A stretch of DNA of 61,775 nucleotides, filler included, from Sphacelaria rigidula (lineage: Eukaryota): NCBI GenBank assembly GCA_964200075.2. It is 10 parts of 10 records of this genome, joined end to end, with 100 filler letters (N's around TTAATTAATTAA, not from the genome) between each part and the next. Parts side by side here need not be neighbours in the genome. Positions count along the whole stretch, not along the records: positions 37,128 to 43,214 come from CAXNAA020022324.1; positions 43,315 to 49,401 come from CAXNAA020022325.1; positions 49,502 to 55,588 come from CAXNAA020022326.1; 7 more parts are not named here. The stretch is one strand, 5' to 3'. A program made the position numbers and the translations under genes. The number at the start of each line of letters is the position of its first letter. Position 1 is the first letter of the stretch. Shown here in pieces: positions 37,960-49,897 of this stretch. The notes under the pieces are model-generated. The model was not told the DNA's origin and did not search any database. It was given only the letters and a program-made list of their open reading frames with translations.

Positions 37960-40900
37960 TCGCACGCGTAAATACGACGGTGGGTGTACTAGTATCACTT
38001 GGGATACATCTGCCTATATATAGAGGATGTTGACCTCGAGGTAGTTCACATTCTCACGAGCGACTACGAGTACGAACAGCGTACAGTCTTGTGCGGAGAC
38101 AACATCACTCGAGCAGAGACAGAGGCTATTGTAACACAGAAACACACGCTCAAGTCTAGGAATGATACGAGGAACCGTGACGTGGAGCAAGCTCTCGTTA
38201 CTAGCAAGCCCAGCCGCCGAAACCTCAATGGAGATGGCGGTCAAGGTGGTAGGGGTATTTCCAGTGGTACTGTAGCGGACAGGAACGACCAGAACAGCAG
38301 TAGGAAGAACGTAGGCAAGAAGTACGACCACATGCGAAGCAAGTATCATCGTTGCTTACATCCAGAACATCGGTGGTTCGACTGTACCATATACACTTTA
38401 CAGTATGGCTCTGGTGATATCATGCGTGTTTATCGATTGGTATGCAACAGAGTCAGAAGGACGCGGTGGGGAGAGCGTGATGGCAGTAAGGATGGTACTG
38501 AAAAGTAGATCACTGATAGTGGAGCAACATTTCATGTGACTAAATCAGCTGATTCCTCTGTGACGTGCAACCATTAGAGGAGAAAGTTAAGATCGTTAAT
38601 AATACCCTCATCAACCGTGAGGGTTATGGGTCGTCGATTGCAGCTTTTTCCTACAAGGGGGAGGGGGGATAACAGTATGGCTTGAGAGAGTGGCATACGT
38701 ACCCGATTTAACCTCCAACCTCTTCTCATTAGTGGCTGCGCACACACAACGAGTTGCTTTTTCGACTGATAACGCGGATATGAGTGTGACCTTACTGGAT
38801 GGACTTCTTATGTTTTGGAATGATGGATCTGGCTACTCAAGATATGGAACTCCGTTGAGAGAGACAGCGAAATTGCAAGATATAGAAGTACTGGTTGATG
38901 CGAGACTGTGTACAGGATGCTTTGTTGCAAAGGGGAACTGGAAGCCGATCGCGAACAGCACGAAATCTCGTGCTTCACGAAAGCTATGAGGAGTTTTCGT
39001 TTATTTAAAGTGGTTCTGAGAAAACTCGTCCATTGCTAGGGAAGAATATGTCATAATTGTGAAGGACAATGTTAATGTTACTCGGTACGCACGAATATAC
39101 TTTCTCGAGCGGAAGTCTGGTACGGCTGATGCCTTCATGAAGTTTTTAGCTGATGTACATGTGGGCGGTGGACCTTCGAAAGTAGATAGTCGTTACATCT
39201 GACAGAGGAGGAGACTTTGTTGGTGATATTACGCAGAAATGTATCAGCGCGAAGTGTCCGGAACTGAGTGGCGTCGCCGAGAGAGTTCTCGGTATCATTC
39301 AAAATGCCGCACATGCCGCTCGCATCCAAGCCCCCATCCTCTTTGAACATGTCGAGCTACCACCATCCGAGACCCTCTGGACTGAAGGGATATACTGGGC
39401 ATGTGACGCACGGAAGCACACCGCGACGACGTCCAACTCTGGTAACAAGTCACCGTGCGAGATGTGGCAGGGTAAGGCAGCACCTGCATCACCATACCCA
39501 TCTTTCTGTCCGGGTGTTGCTGCTGAAACCGACCGTCGCAGTCGTTTCTCAAGTTCGAGAGTAGCTTCTACGTTGGGTCCGGCATCGACCACCCCCGTGA
39601 TTCATTGCAGATGCTGACGAGGGCAAATAAAGTAGTGGAATCAAGAGACGTCACCTGGAAGGCCCCGCCGGGTATGGTGTTGCCGCCGATATAACTATAG
39701 CAGCGGGCTTCGCCTAAGTTGGTAGGGGCGTCGGAGCTTAAGGGGACGGCACAGCCCGGAGGGACGTCGGAGCCGGGAAAGACTCCAGAATCGGGAGGGT
39801 TACATGATTTCGATTCTACTCCACCGACTTCGATACCGCTACTGGGGGGAAGAATCCCCAATCAGCACCGAGTGGCACCTCTGTCGAAGAGCAGAGACCA
39901 TGGTGAAGGTGGGCGAGATCATCTTGGAAATGAAAATCAGCCGGCCCCCGACAAGACAACTGCTATTTCAGGTGCTTATTTGCCATCAATGAGTAGTGAG
40001 CGGTCTACCGACGGCGACTCCTCAGTCGAGGGGAGCCATTCGTATTCATCGGCCGGAAGTTCCACTTGCAACGGCAGCGTCGATTGCGGCGCACCAACTT
40101 GAGTGAACTCTGGTTGGATCTGGAAATGGCGAGGAGCTTGGCCGAATCAGAGCGCAGACGCGAACGCTCAATCGAGGAGTATCTGGACTCGTGACCATGT
40201 TAGGGCCAGATAAACGGGACTAAATTCTCCATGGCCTGCTGGCGGTACAAGAGGTTACCCGTAAGTCGGGTGAGATCCCTGAATGTCTCGTCCGCGAGGC
40301 GGGGCCAGAGCCGTTGTCGTACTCTGCGGCGTGTTCATGACAATACTCGGATGTGTGGATGAAGGCGATGAAGATAGCGTCCGATGGGCCTATGGCTGCC
40401 GGAACGTTTGCGGACGTGACTGATATTCCAGAAGGGTGCAACTTGTAGGCGCTAAGTGGGTATATAAGTGGAAGGGTGATCCACATCGTCCGGTTGACCG
40501 GGTGAAATGCCGTATGGTAGCTACGGGGTGCAGTCAGGTAGAGGGAATATACTATTTCGACACATTTGCCCCTACGGCATCTTCTACTTCAAACAGGTTG
40601 GTGGCGGCTATGGCATGTAAGCTAGACTGGGATTTGAAGCACTTGGATGTACACCAGGCTTTCATTCAGTTGGTGTTGGACACCGATATCTACTTGCGCC
40701 TGCCCCCCGGTTGTGAGACAGAGTCTGGTAAGGTAGTGCTCCTCAACAAGGCTTTGTACGGTTTGATGCAGGGTGGTCGTGCATGGTATCAGTTATCGTC
40801 AACCCTGGTGGTGTGTAGTTTCGAGCCATGCTTCGTAGATCCCTGTGTTTCGGATGAGGGTTGCCGATGACGTTGTGACGATGATGATCTCTCATGTGGA

Positions 40901-41797
40901 CGACGTCATGATAGCAGCTACTGAGGTGGTGACTCAGGAGATAGTCAACGCACTCAGAAATTTCTCACTACACATATCGGGGAGGTAGAGTGGTAAATGG
41001 GGAGTGAGTACAAAAGGAACAGGGAATACGGTATTTTGAAGATTTCACAAACCCAGCTCATGACGTAGGTGTGTACTAAACTGTCTTGATCCCTCGAAGA
41101 CCAGTCCCATTCCCGCTACCCCTCCCTTCGACCTCAGGCATGCAAGCGAAGAGGAGACTGTGGTGGATGCACCTTTCCGTGCGATCGTGGGGAGCTTGAT
41201 TTGGATAACGAGCCGGACGAGGCCCGATATCGCGAATGTAGTTCGGGCAATCGCTCGATTTTATGATAAACCCATACTGACTCACTACAAGGCGGCACAA
41301 AAGATACTCGAGTATTTGAATGCTACGTCGGACGAAGGTTTACGTCTCAAGAACAGTAGCGATTTGGGATGTATTCAGTCGGAGTTTGCTTCGGATACGT
41401 GCGTTGAAGTAGACTACGCCCATAAGGTGGAGGACCGACGTTCCGTTTCCGGTATACCTATTCGCTCCGGAGGTACACTGGTGTGTTGGTTCTCAAGGAC
41501 GCAGAAGTGCGTCAGTCTATCTGATAATCAGGCAAAATATGTAGCAATGGCAGACGGCGTCACCGAGGCCCTGTATGTGGGAGGGATTCCAAAGTTCTTC
41601 GTGCCCAGTTTGGAGCCGAATAGCATTGGCGTGTTTGAGGACAACAAGGGGGCGATAGGCTTAGCTGAAAACCCCTTGAGCTCGTCCAGCAGCAAGCACT
41701 ATTTTCTCAGGGGGCTGACTGCTAGAGGTGATATATCTGTGAAGTATCTTCAATCAGAAGATGAGCATGCGGATATTCTAATGAAAGCCACTGATTA
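37960..41797 (+). mobile_element. Degenerate Ty1/Copia LTR retrotransposon internal region (gag-PR-INT-RT-RNase H)
   Basis: Decayed Zn knuckle (HRCLHPEHRWFDC), protease ITDSGATFHVT (about 38510), VAYVPDLTSNLFSL, RT KWVYKWK…RMVATGCSQVEGIYYFDTFAP and HVDD, RNase H DRRSVSG…WFSRTQKCVSLS…EDNKGAI…HADIL. Many stops and frameshifts; no LTR recognised. Confidence 0.92.
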
Positions 41798-41904
41798 AGA
41801 GAATTTCGGAAAGCACCATAATTTCCTCTTAGACAGGATGATGATGTCACCGTTTCTTTTTCTGTGTTGTGGTGTACCCTATTATTTGAAATAAGTGATG
41901 ATAG

Positions 41905-42777
41905 TACACGGGTGGCCACTGGTACACGATACGGGAGGTCATACCGTTACATAACCTGGGTTACACCCATCACCTTATGTAAGGTCGCGTAACCCACGTT
42001 ACAGGACGTTATATAGCAACATAACCTGGATTATTCTCAATACCTCATGTAAGATCGCGTACCCAACGTCACAGGAGGTTATACAGCAAGCATTACTTGG
42101 ATTATTTTCAGCACCTTATGTAAGGTCGCGTAATCCACGTTCGAGGAGGTTGTATGACAAAATAACCTTGACTATTTTCAGCACCTCATAAGTCGTGATT
42201 TTACAAATTGGGGATGGATTTTTATTGGGGATGAAAGTTCGGAGAATTAAAACAGTCGCATCTACATCAAATCTTCGAAGTGTGGTTCCATTTCTTCACT
42301 CGACAGTAGCTATTGACAACTACAGCACGCCATACAAACTTGAATGTCGATAGCCGAAATATAGGGGTCCCAGGTGAAAAACCAATTTTGGGGAATTTTG
42401 GTGATCCGATCGGGCCTCAAAATAGGTTTTTCACCTCGAACCCCAACATTTTGGTGGTCGGAGTCCAAATTTGTATATCGTGTTGTTGTTGTCAATAGCT
42501 ACCAGAAAGTGAAGAAATATAACCATATTTCGAGGATTTGGTGTGGATACGAATATTCTAATTCCCGCGTTCTTATCCCCAATAAGAAATCTATCCCATA
42601 TTTGTAAAAACACGTGCTTCATAAACGCACGGGTGGCCACTGGTACACGTCACGGGAGATTACACGGTTATATGACCTGGGTTACACCCATCACCTCATG
42701 TAAGGTCGCGTAACCCACGTTACAGAAGATTATACAGCAGCATAACCTCGATCATTTTCAGCACCTCATGTAAGATC
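41905..42777. repeat. About 70-bp minisatellite in two clusters (41905-42190, 42628-42777)
   Basis: Unit CATAACCTGGATTATTTTCAGCACCTCATGTAAGGTCGCGTAACCCACGTTACAGGAGGTTATACAGCA; both clusters start CACGGGTGGCCACTGGTACACG. Confidence 0.8.
42194..42614. mobile_element. About 420-bp foldback element related to 37475-37920 but with different termini
   Basis: CGTGATTTTACAAA…TTTGTAAAAACACG; centre GTGATCCGATCGG; shared internal arms. Confidence 0.8.
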
Positions 42778-43606
42778 AGAGAACCTCGGAGGGAACGTGC
42801 CGCGAGCCGAACACGCAGCGGTCCTCACAGAGCGCCCCCTCCCTTTTTTCATCGTCAGCTCGACTCACGTATTTAAAGCAGCAGTCGAAATTTCCAGGGT
42901 GTTCCTCGGTATACCATACAGCGTCAAGGGATGGTATTTCTTGTATGTGCACGCCGCATCAGCATTGCGGGAAAAAAACAAATGTTGGAAAAAGAAATAA
43001 AGGATTGGTGGCGGCGGGAATCGGACCCGCCTGGGAGGGTCCGGAGTCCATTACTCGCCAGACGATGGCCAATAAAAAAAAACGCACCACCCATTTGGAG
43101 CGCATTACTCGCCGAACATATATCTTTTGTTCAGGAAGCGAAAGGTTCACTCATGGAAGTACCGTAATTGTGCGAGTCATCGCACACCCCCTGGACAGAA
43201 TTTCAAAGCTCGATNNNNNNNNNNNNNNNNNNNNNNNNNNNNNNNNNNNNNNNNNNNNTTAATTAATTAANNNNNNNNNNNNNNNNNNNNNNNNNNNNNN
43301 NNNNNNNNNNNNNNTCCAAACGCATGCTGCGTACACTCGGCACGTTCAACACTGTAAGATCCAGCACGCTGCAGACCGCACGTGCAGCCGCGGCACGATA
43401 CACTAAAGACTGCGTAACAAAAATATGAGGCGTTTTAATCAGGTGGTCAACAACCACACCACCGTCTGTGTTATGACGCAACTATGTGCCTCTTATGCAC
43501 TCCCGGTCCCTTCCGCCGTAGAGTAGGCGTTTTGAATTGTGACAAGGAATGGTTCTGAACCCAAAAAGTGTTGTGTCTACCTCAGTCTACCAACGGGGGG
43601 GTCGCT

Positions 43607-45407
43607 GTCTAAGGGTTAAGCCTTAGACCGCGAGGGTAGTCCATCTGAATCACGCATACCGTTTCCAAGTGAAGTTGATGCCGATTCAACAAATGACCTA
43701 CTCTCGTCGTCTGAGGGTCAAGTTCCGGATCGAAACTTCCCTTGGTGTGACATTCGAAATAATTAACGGCTATCGTACACCTGTACCAGTCACCTGGCAA
43801 CAGCACAACAGTATGTCGTTTGTATGTGCAACCATTTCATAATATATAGCCAAACAAACGGTCGGAAAATATTCAGGACCAATAAGGATCCAATCATTGG
43901 GGTTCGGAGCGCGAACGCTTTTTATATTAAAGGAAAAAGTGACGATGGTGAGCGTTCAATTTTCGGGAAAGGTACCCAACCGGTACGGTACCCTCTCATT
44001 GTATATCATAATCGGAGTAACTTCGTAATGACATGGCGGTTTCACGATTTCACACATCGAATGGCTGTTGATAGAGTATGGTTGATTTGTTCGAACAATT
44101 GGCACTAGAGTGACTTTGACGATATCAAAACTTATAATGTGAACGAATGCACTTGTAAACATTGCAATCAGGTGACATAAGCCTTGCAACTACCATTGGG
44201 AACATAGGCTGGGATGTCACTTTTGATTATCAAGGAAGCGGCCGATGGACGGAGGTGGAAAAATCAAGTGTGCACCCCGGTGCACCATCGACCTTCATGT
44301 GCACCCTGGAATGATTGCAAAAACACGTACGGCTGGTCAGCGCGGCATGACCACAACCCTGACCATGGTGCAACTTGGGTCAAATTATTTCAATCCGAGC
44401 CAGCACAACCAACTCAGAGTACAGTAGTAGTACAACAATAACATGATGTCGCACTCTCTCTCATCTCTCACTACTTGTCGCACGGTCGAGTCTGCTGGAC
44501 TTCCGACTGCCAGCTCGAAAACGAACAAGTACTCTGTATAAATCATTTCAAAGCTCAAAATTTTCTGCTCGCTCATCTCCATTCTCCATCCATGTATAAT
44601 GCACGCACCGACATACTATGGAGGGAAAATAGGTGCTGCTTCTTGTACTCAGAGAAGCACAGAAAACCCAAGGTAGAGAGAGTGGCGTACACTGGAACAG
44701 ACAACATCATGGCGACTACATTATATTATGTCTGTCAGTTGCGATAAGTCTATCGGTAACTCCACGATGGTCACCGTGCCATTTCTACAGCAAGGTGGGT
44801 AATGGCCTACAGACAGGAAGGTACACATGACAGTGTAGTACTACTGTAGTATACTATATGTACATGGAAGCCCGAATAAAACAACAGTACAATGCAGTCG
44901 TCATATTCTTCGTCTTTCCGCTGCGTTCATCCCTTCGTCCATGATAATTCCTTGACCCTCAGACAGCGAGGGTAGATCATCTGTTGAATCGGCATCAATT
45001 TCACTTGAACTAAGTCTGCATGATCCACATAAGACTACCCTCGCGGTCTAAGGGTTAACCCTTAGACCGCGTGGTTAGTCTTCTGTTGAATCGGCATTAA
45101 CTTGAAGCGAAAAAAACGTATGCGTGATCCAGAAAGACTAATCTCGCGGTCTAAGGGTTAAGGATAAGATCCCATCAAAACCCCGGGAAGCGTGCACATA
45201 CAAACGACATGCTGTTGCCAGGTGGCTGGTAAAGGTGTACGATAGCCGTTAATTATTTCGAATGTCACACCAAGGGAAGTTTCGAGCCGGAACTTGACCC
45301 TCAGACGACGAGAGTAGGTCATCGGTTAAATCGGCATCAACTTCACTTGAAAACGGTATGCGTGATTCAGATGGACTACCCTCGCTGTCTAAGGCTTAAC
45401 CCTTAGC
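43607..45407. mobile_element. About 1.8-kb segment bounded by 215-bp inverted repeats
   Basis: 43607-43830 is the reverse complement of 45194-45407; each arm contains one 99-bp MITE unit plus unique sequence. Confidence 0.7.
44956..45161. mobile_element. Two tandem 99-bp piggyBac-like MITEs
   Basis: Units 44956-45054 and 45059-45157 with TIRs CCCTTAGACCGCGAGGGTAGTC…GACTACCCTCGCGGTCTAAGGG, separated and followed by TTAA. Confidence 0.7.
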
Positions 45408-45418
45408 CCGTGATTCGG

Positions 45419-45669
45419 GTGTGTGTGTTGTCGTCCCATTTGTTTTTGGTGATCCATCTTCCTTCTGCGGCGCTTGCCTTTCCTTTTATCGTGAAGGGGG
45501 TTCAGCAGTCCTTTTCCCTCGTCGACCATCAAGTCGGATTCTGTGTACCCACGACATAGTCGCTATCCACTGTTGGCCATGGTGTGAGAAAAAATCCCAG
45601 ATCGCTCCGAGATTTAAACCCACGACCCAACCCTCAAAAGATTCCGAGGTTATACCAACTGAGCCACCG
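45419..45669 (-). mobile_element. tRNA-derived SINE copy (internally deleted)
   Basis: Minus strand CGGTGGCTCAGTTGGT…GGGTTTAAATCTCGGAGCGATCTGGG…ACAACACACAC; homologous to 26495-26863. Confidence 0.75.
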
Positions 45670-46889
45670 CCTCGGTGGGGGATCCACTTGGATCACGCAT
45701 ACTTTCTTCAAGTGAAAATTGATGCCGATTCACCAGGTGACCTAGCCTCGCGGTCTATCGAAAAAAGACGTGAAGGAATCTTAGCAGATAATGTTTGATG
45801 CGGAACATCATTGATTGAATGTTATAGACAAAGACCAACACTAACCCCGACCCAAGGCGCACGAGACCCTCAGGCGAGGAGGGTGCATAGTTTTCCCTAG
45901 GCAAAGTGTGCGTTGGCAGACTTCGAATCGTCGCGGCAGGCTCCGATTTCGACAAAAACATACTCTGGACGAGCTGGGTCCACTGCTCACCTGCCCCAAC
46001 CCATCTTTTAAAAAACATTATCAACTCTCAAATCGAGTAGTAGTCATCCCTGTCAACCATTGTGTACGAACATTTCATCAGCTCTACTGCTGTAAGGGCC
46101 AACGGGCCTCTTATTATGCTGTGATAGTAAATGACCGAGTGCGCGAATTAAACTAGTTCTTTGGGAATCGCCGATGGTCCCCAGAAACAACCGGCGGGTA
46201 TGAACCCAAGATTCCAGTCGAATGTGTGCTTGTGTATGATAAAAATTGCAATGTTGAAGCGTTGATCCAGCCTCATGAGGCGGATGAGGATTGTACCCGA
46301 TTAGCCGCGTGTACCTGCTGCTGCTACAGCTTTGATTGGCTTGAGGCACTGTGCGTCACGCTGATTTGTATTTATATGACAAGATTGTATGCGTAGCTAG
46401 GAGCTTTTGAGGGTAATTGTGAGCAGCATCGCCCACGAGTTCACTTGCGATCCACCTGCCAGAGAAAGGCTTACTGTGATGGTAAACGACTGCGTCTGAA
46501 TTAAAACTAGTTCTTTGGGATTTGCGGAGATCCCCAGAAACGACCGGCGGGTATGAAACGACTCTAGGCAAATGTGTACTTTGTAAAGGAGATATGTGCA
46601 TTTTGGATCCTTGATTCAGAAACCTGTAGGCTGGTCCGCGCATTACGGCCGGGCAATTACGCACGTTAATCCGGGCGCTTTGATTGGCCACAGCACGGCA
46701 AGTCAGGCTGATTTTGTAGTTGGATTGCTTGTATCCGATTGGCTGTATGGGGCACGCGCCCACCCACGGCACGCGCCGTCGTGAGGGTATTATGACAAAT
46801 TGTAAGCGAGGCAGGAGGTGTTGGGAAAACAGCGAACCATAGCTGCTGCCCACCTCCAGCCACTTGCGACTCACCTGCCTGAGAAGGAC

Positions 46890-47513
46890 TTACCGTAGAA
46901 CTAATCACAAGAATGACCACCAGCTTTTCATCTGCTCTATGCGGCGTCTCATCTTTCTGGCCGGTAAGCCGTTCTCAAGGAGTGAGTAACGTATATATCA
47001 TCATCCCTTTCAAATATTTTGAGTTTTCCCCAAGACGAAAGAGCTCGGTGCTTACTTTCAATAACAGCTGTCTGCTGTTGACGAGTGCCTTGTGTGAGAG
47101 AGACCCTACTGTTTGAGTTAACGAGTCGAAAACAGGACCAGTGGGTCACATTCTCATCTACCTTGGGGTGTGGCTTGCTCTGCTAACGAATACTTCGACA
47201 TTACCGTAGAAACTAATCACAAGAAGGACCACCAGCTTTCATCTGCTCTACGCTACTTCTCATTCTCAGGCGGGCAAGCCGTGGCAAGCTAACGAGAGTG
47301 AGTCACGTATAACATATCCCTTTTTTGTCTTTTTATTTTTCCTTTTCTGAAAGAGCTGGATCCTTACTTTCAATATCAGCTGTCTGCTGTTGACGAGTGC
47401 CGTGTGCGAGAGAATCTTACTGCTTGAGTTAACGAGTTGATCACAGGACGAGCTTGCCACAATCTCATCCTCCTTGGGGTGTGGCTTGCTCTGCTAACGA
47501 ATACTTCGACATT
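46890..47513. repeat. Tandem duplication, period about 311 bp
   Basis: Units start TTACCGTAGAA(A)CTAATCACAAGAA and end GCTAACGAATACTTCGACATT. Confidence 0.85.
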
Positions 47514-49225
47514 TATGGGGCTTCAGCTGAGATACTGGCGCAGGACGTCAATTCGGAACAATATTTCAACGCGAAAGGCACGCGGCCTTCTGGACGATCA
47601 AGTATGTACTGTAGTGCGTGTTGGTGGGGCGGCAATCAAACTTTAGTGTACCCTGGTGCCGTGTGAAAGTGAAAAGAGTATAGAGTCGAGAGCTTGTGTA
47701 CAAGTAACATGAGCCTCGAGCCTCGCGGTGTTCAATCATGCTCGTGTACAGATCTTAGTCCTGGTCCATCATGCCGCATCGATATAATTCGGTGCGCGTG
47801 GTGACTCAACGTTCCGTGTTTGGAAGAAAGATCGTCTGCGCAGCGGGCTGCGATTGAAATAGCCCGCGTACTCTTTACCTGCAAGCATGAATCGGCGTAT
47901 GTTGGGACACATATCGGTCAATTCGGTTGATACAGAATCGACGGACTGTGAGCAGGGGCGGTCGCGGGGCGGTTGGGGGGTGTTTGGCTGTGTAGCAAAA
48001 GAGGTCTTGCGTGTGCGTTCGTACCTGAAGCGCCTTGCGGTTCGGTCGCCATTGCCTGAAACCAACGTGGGTACTGTATGACACATCGAAGACCTGAAGC
48101 TAGACCCGAGTCCGAGGATTCGTCAACTCGAAGTAGAAAAGGAGGCAGCTGCCCTTTGAAAAAAAATCAGCTGATCACCCGATGAACGGTGTACACAAAA
48201 TCAAGTGAAAATCAAAGACCGAAAATACAGTACTGGGAAAAAAAAAAAAAACGCGAGCTTGTGTTTGGCTGCTGCGTGGACAGCCGCCGGCGAGAGAGAA
48301 ACCCTACCGCTTGAATGAAACAAGCCACCTCTGAAGCCCCATGAATGTCGAAGTTTTCGTTAGCAGAGCAAGCCACACCCCGAGGAGGATGAGATTGCCT
48401 GTGGGCTCAGACAGATGAAAACCTTATAGTGGAACAGGCCGGTACTCCCCAGATTTCGAACGGATCGTTACTACTCCCTGACCACCACTCGTGCACTGCG
48501 TTAGAACCCATTTCCGATTAAGCGTTGCCGTCTGTAGGGACAGAGACTTCGCCGACTCATGGACGTTCGCACCCTAGTCATGAAGGCACCTCGATCGTGT
48601 GTTCGTCACCAGGCAGACAAAGTGTTACGCAAGACGACTCGTCTCCTAACTCGCCCGCGTTGGTCCCTTAATAGACGCCGGGTTGAACAGTACAGCGTTA
48701 CCAACCCCGCGTCCTGATGAATCGTCTCCAAAACCTCCCGTATAGGCCCTAACTGGTGGTATTGAGTTGATTGGCGTATCAAACTCGACACCGCGCCCCG
48801 ATGAATCGTCCCCCGTTCTGGCCAAGCTGGATAATATAATTGATCCCGCTTTGCACAATGACGACTCGCCCCCTCTGTTGGCCAATAGGGTTGAAATACC
48901 ACGCACAAATCAGTTGTCGGGTCCAACCACGACAACTGCCCTTCCCCGGCATTGCCCCTCCGTTGCAGTATATAAGATTCAACCCTCGACTGATGAGACA
49001 AATATTCCAGGCACTTTCACTGACACTCCATGCACGCACCATCATTCCGACCAAAAGCTTGTCCCACAGGATCATCAACGGGTGTATTTTAGCACCTCCG
49101 TTCAAAACGCAAAGCAGGATGTGTCAGATGTCTTACCCGAATTGGGGCCCGATCTCGTCAGTGATATTGCAACTATGGATGATGCTTCTTTTACGACCAA
49201 GATAGGTTTGAGTCATCCTACGATA

Positions 49226-49301
49226 GGGGGGGGTGTACTCATGATCATGCTTGCCATAGTCATCAGACCATTGACCTCGCATCCCTACAAAGGGGGGGGG
49301 G
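49226..49301 (-). mobile_element. Extremely truncated LINE-tail insertion flanked by G-runs
   Basis: G8-TGTACTCATG…CCCTACAAA-G10. Confidence 0.75.
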
Positions 49302-49616
49302 TATTTGGTTGCACGAAAGAAGAGGCTAATAAGCGTGTCAGACATCCTTCAACACTTGCGTTGCGCTTGTATTTGGTTCCAAGCGGTGTCAGGCAGTATG
49401 GNNNNNNNNNNNNNNNNNNNNNNNNNNNNNNNNNNNNNNNNNNNNTTAATTAATTAANNNNNNNNNNNNNNNNNNNNNNNNNNNNNNNNNNNNNNNNNNN
49501 NCAGCAAAATTTAAAAACCTCCCACCGCTTCTTTTCTTTTTTTTTTTTTTTGTTTTTTCCCGGTGGGAAGTCAGTCCCCCCCCCCCCCCCCCCAACTTAT
49601 TTGCGACGTACTGCAG

Positions 49617-49897
49617 TGCGTGAACTTGCTGACGAATGCAGCAAAGTACACAACGCACGGGTCGATACATCTGGAGCTGACCCTGGCCAGCGCTGAGGAT
49701 CTGCCCTGGTGCAATCACGATGACAATGACATCGTGACAAACGAGAAACGGGCAGCCATATACAACGGGAGTAGACCGCAGTGCAATCGCTCGCTGCCTA
49801 GACCCTCCGACGGTACTATCTGTAGCGGCAGCGGCAGCGGCAGCGGCAGCGGCAGCGGCAGCGGTCGCCAAGGCAGCGGAAGCAGTAGCAGCAGCAG
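49617..49897 (+). CDS. Histidine kinase exon (HATPase_c N-box followed by a low-complexity insert)
   Basis: CTGCAG| then CVNLLTNAAKYTTHGSIHLELTL (N-box NLLxNAxKYT-x2-GxI); (SG)n tract; probable donor AG|GTGAAG. The 3' boundary is uncertain. Confidence 0.75.

Noticed and set aside
48767..49453. 228-aa Pro/Thr-rich ORF, possibly a retroelement linker
   Set aside because: No diagnostic motif; reads through a repeat insertion and the N spacer.
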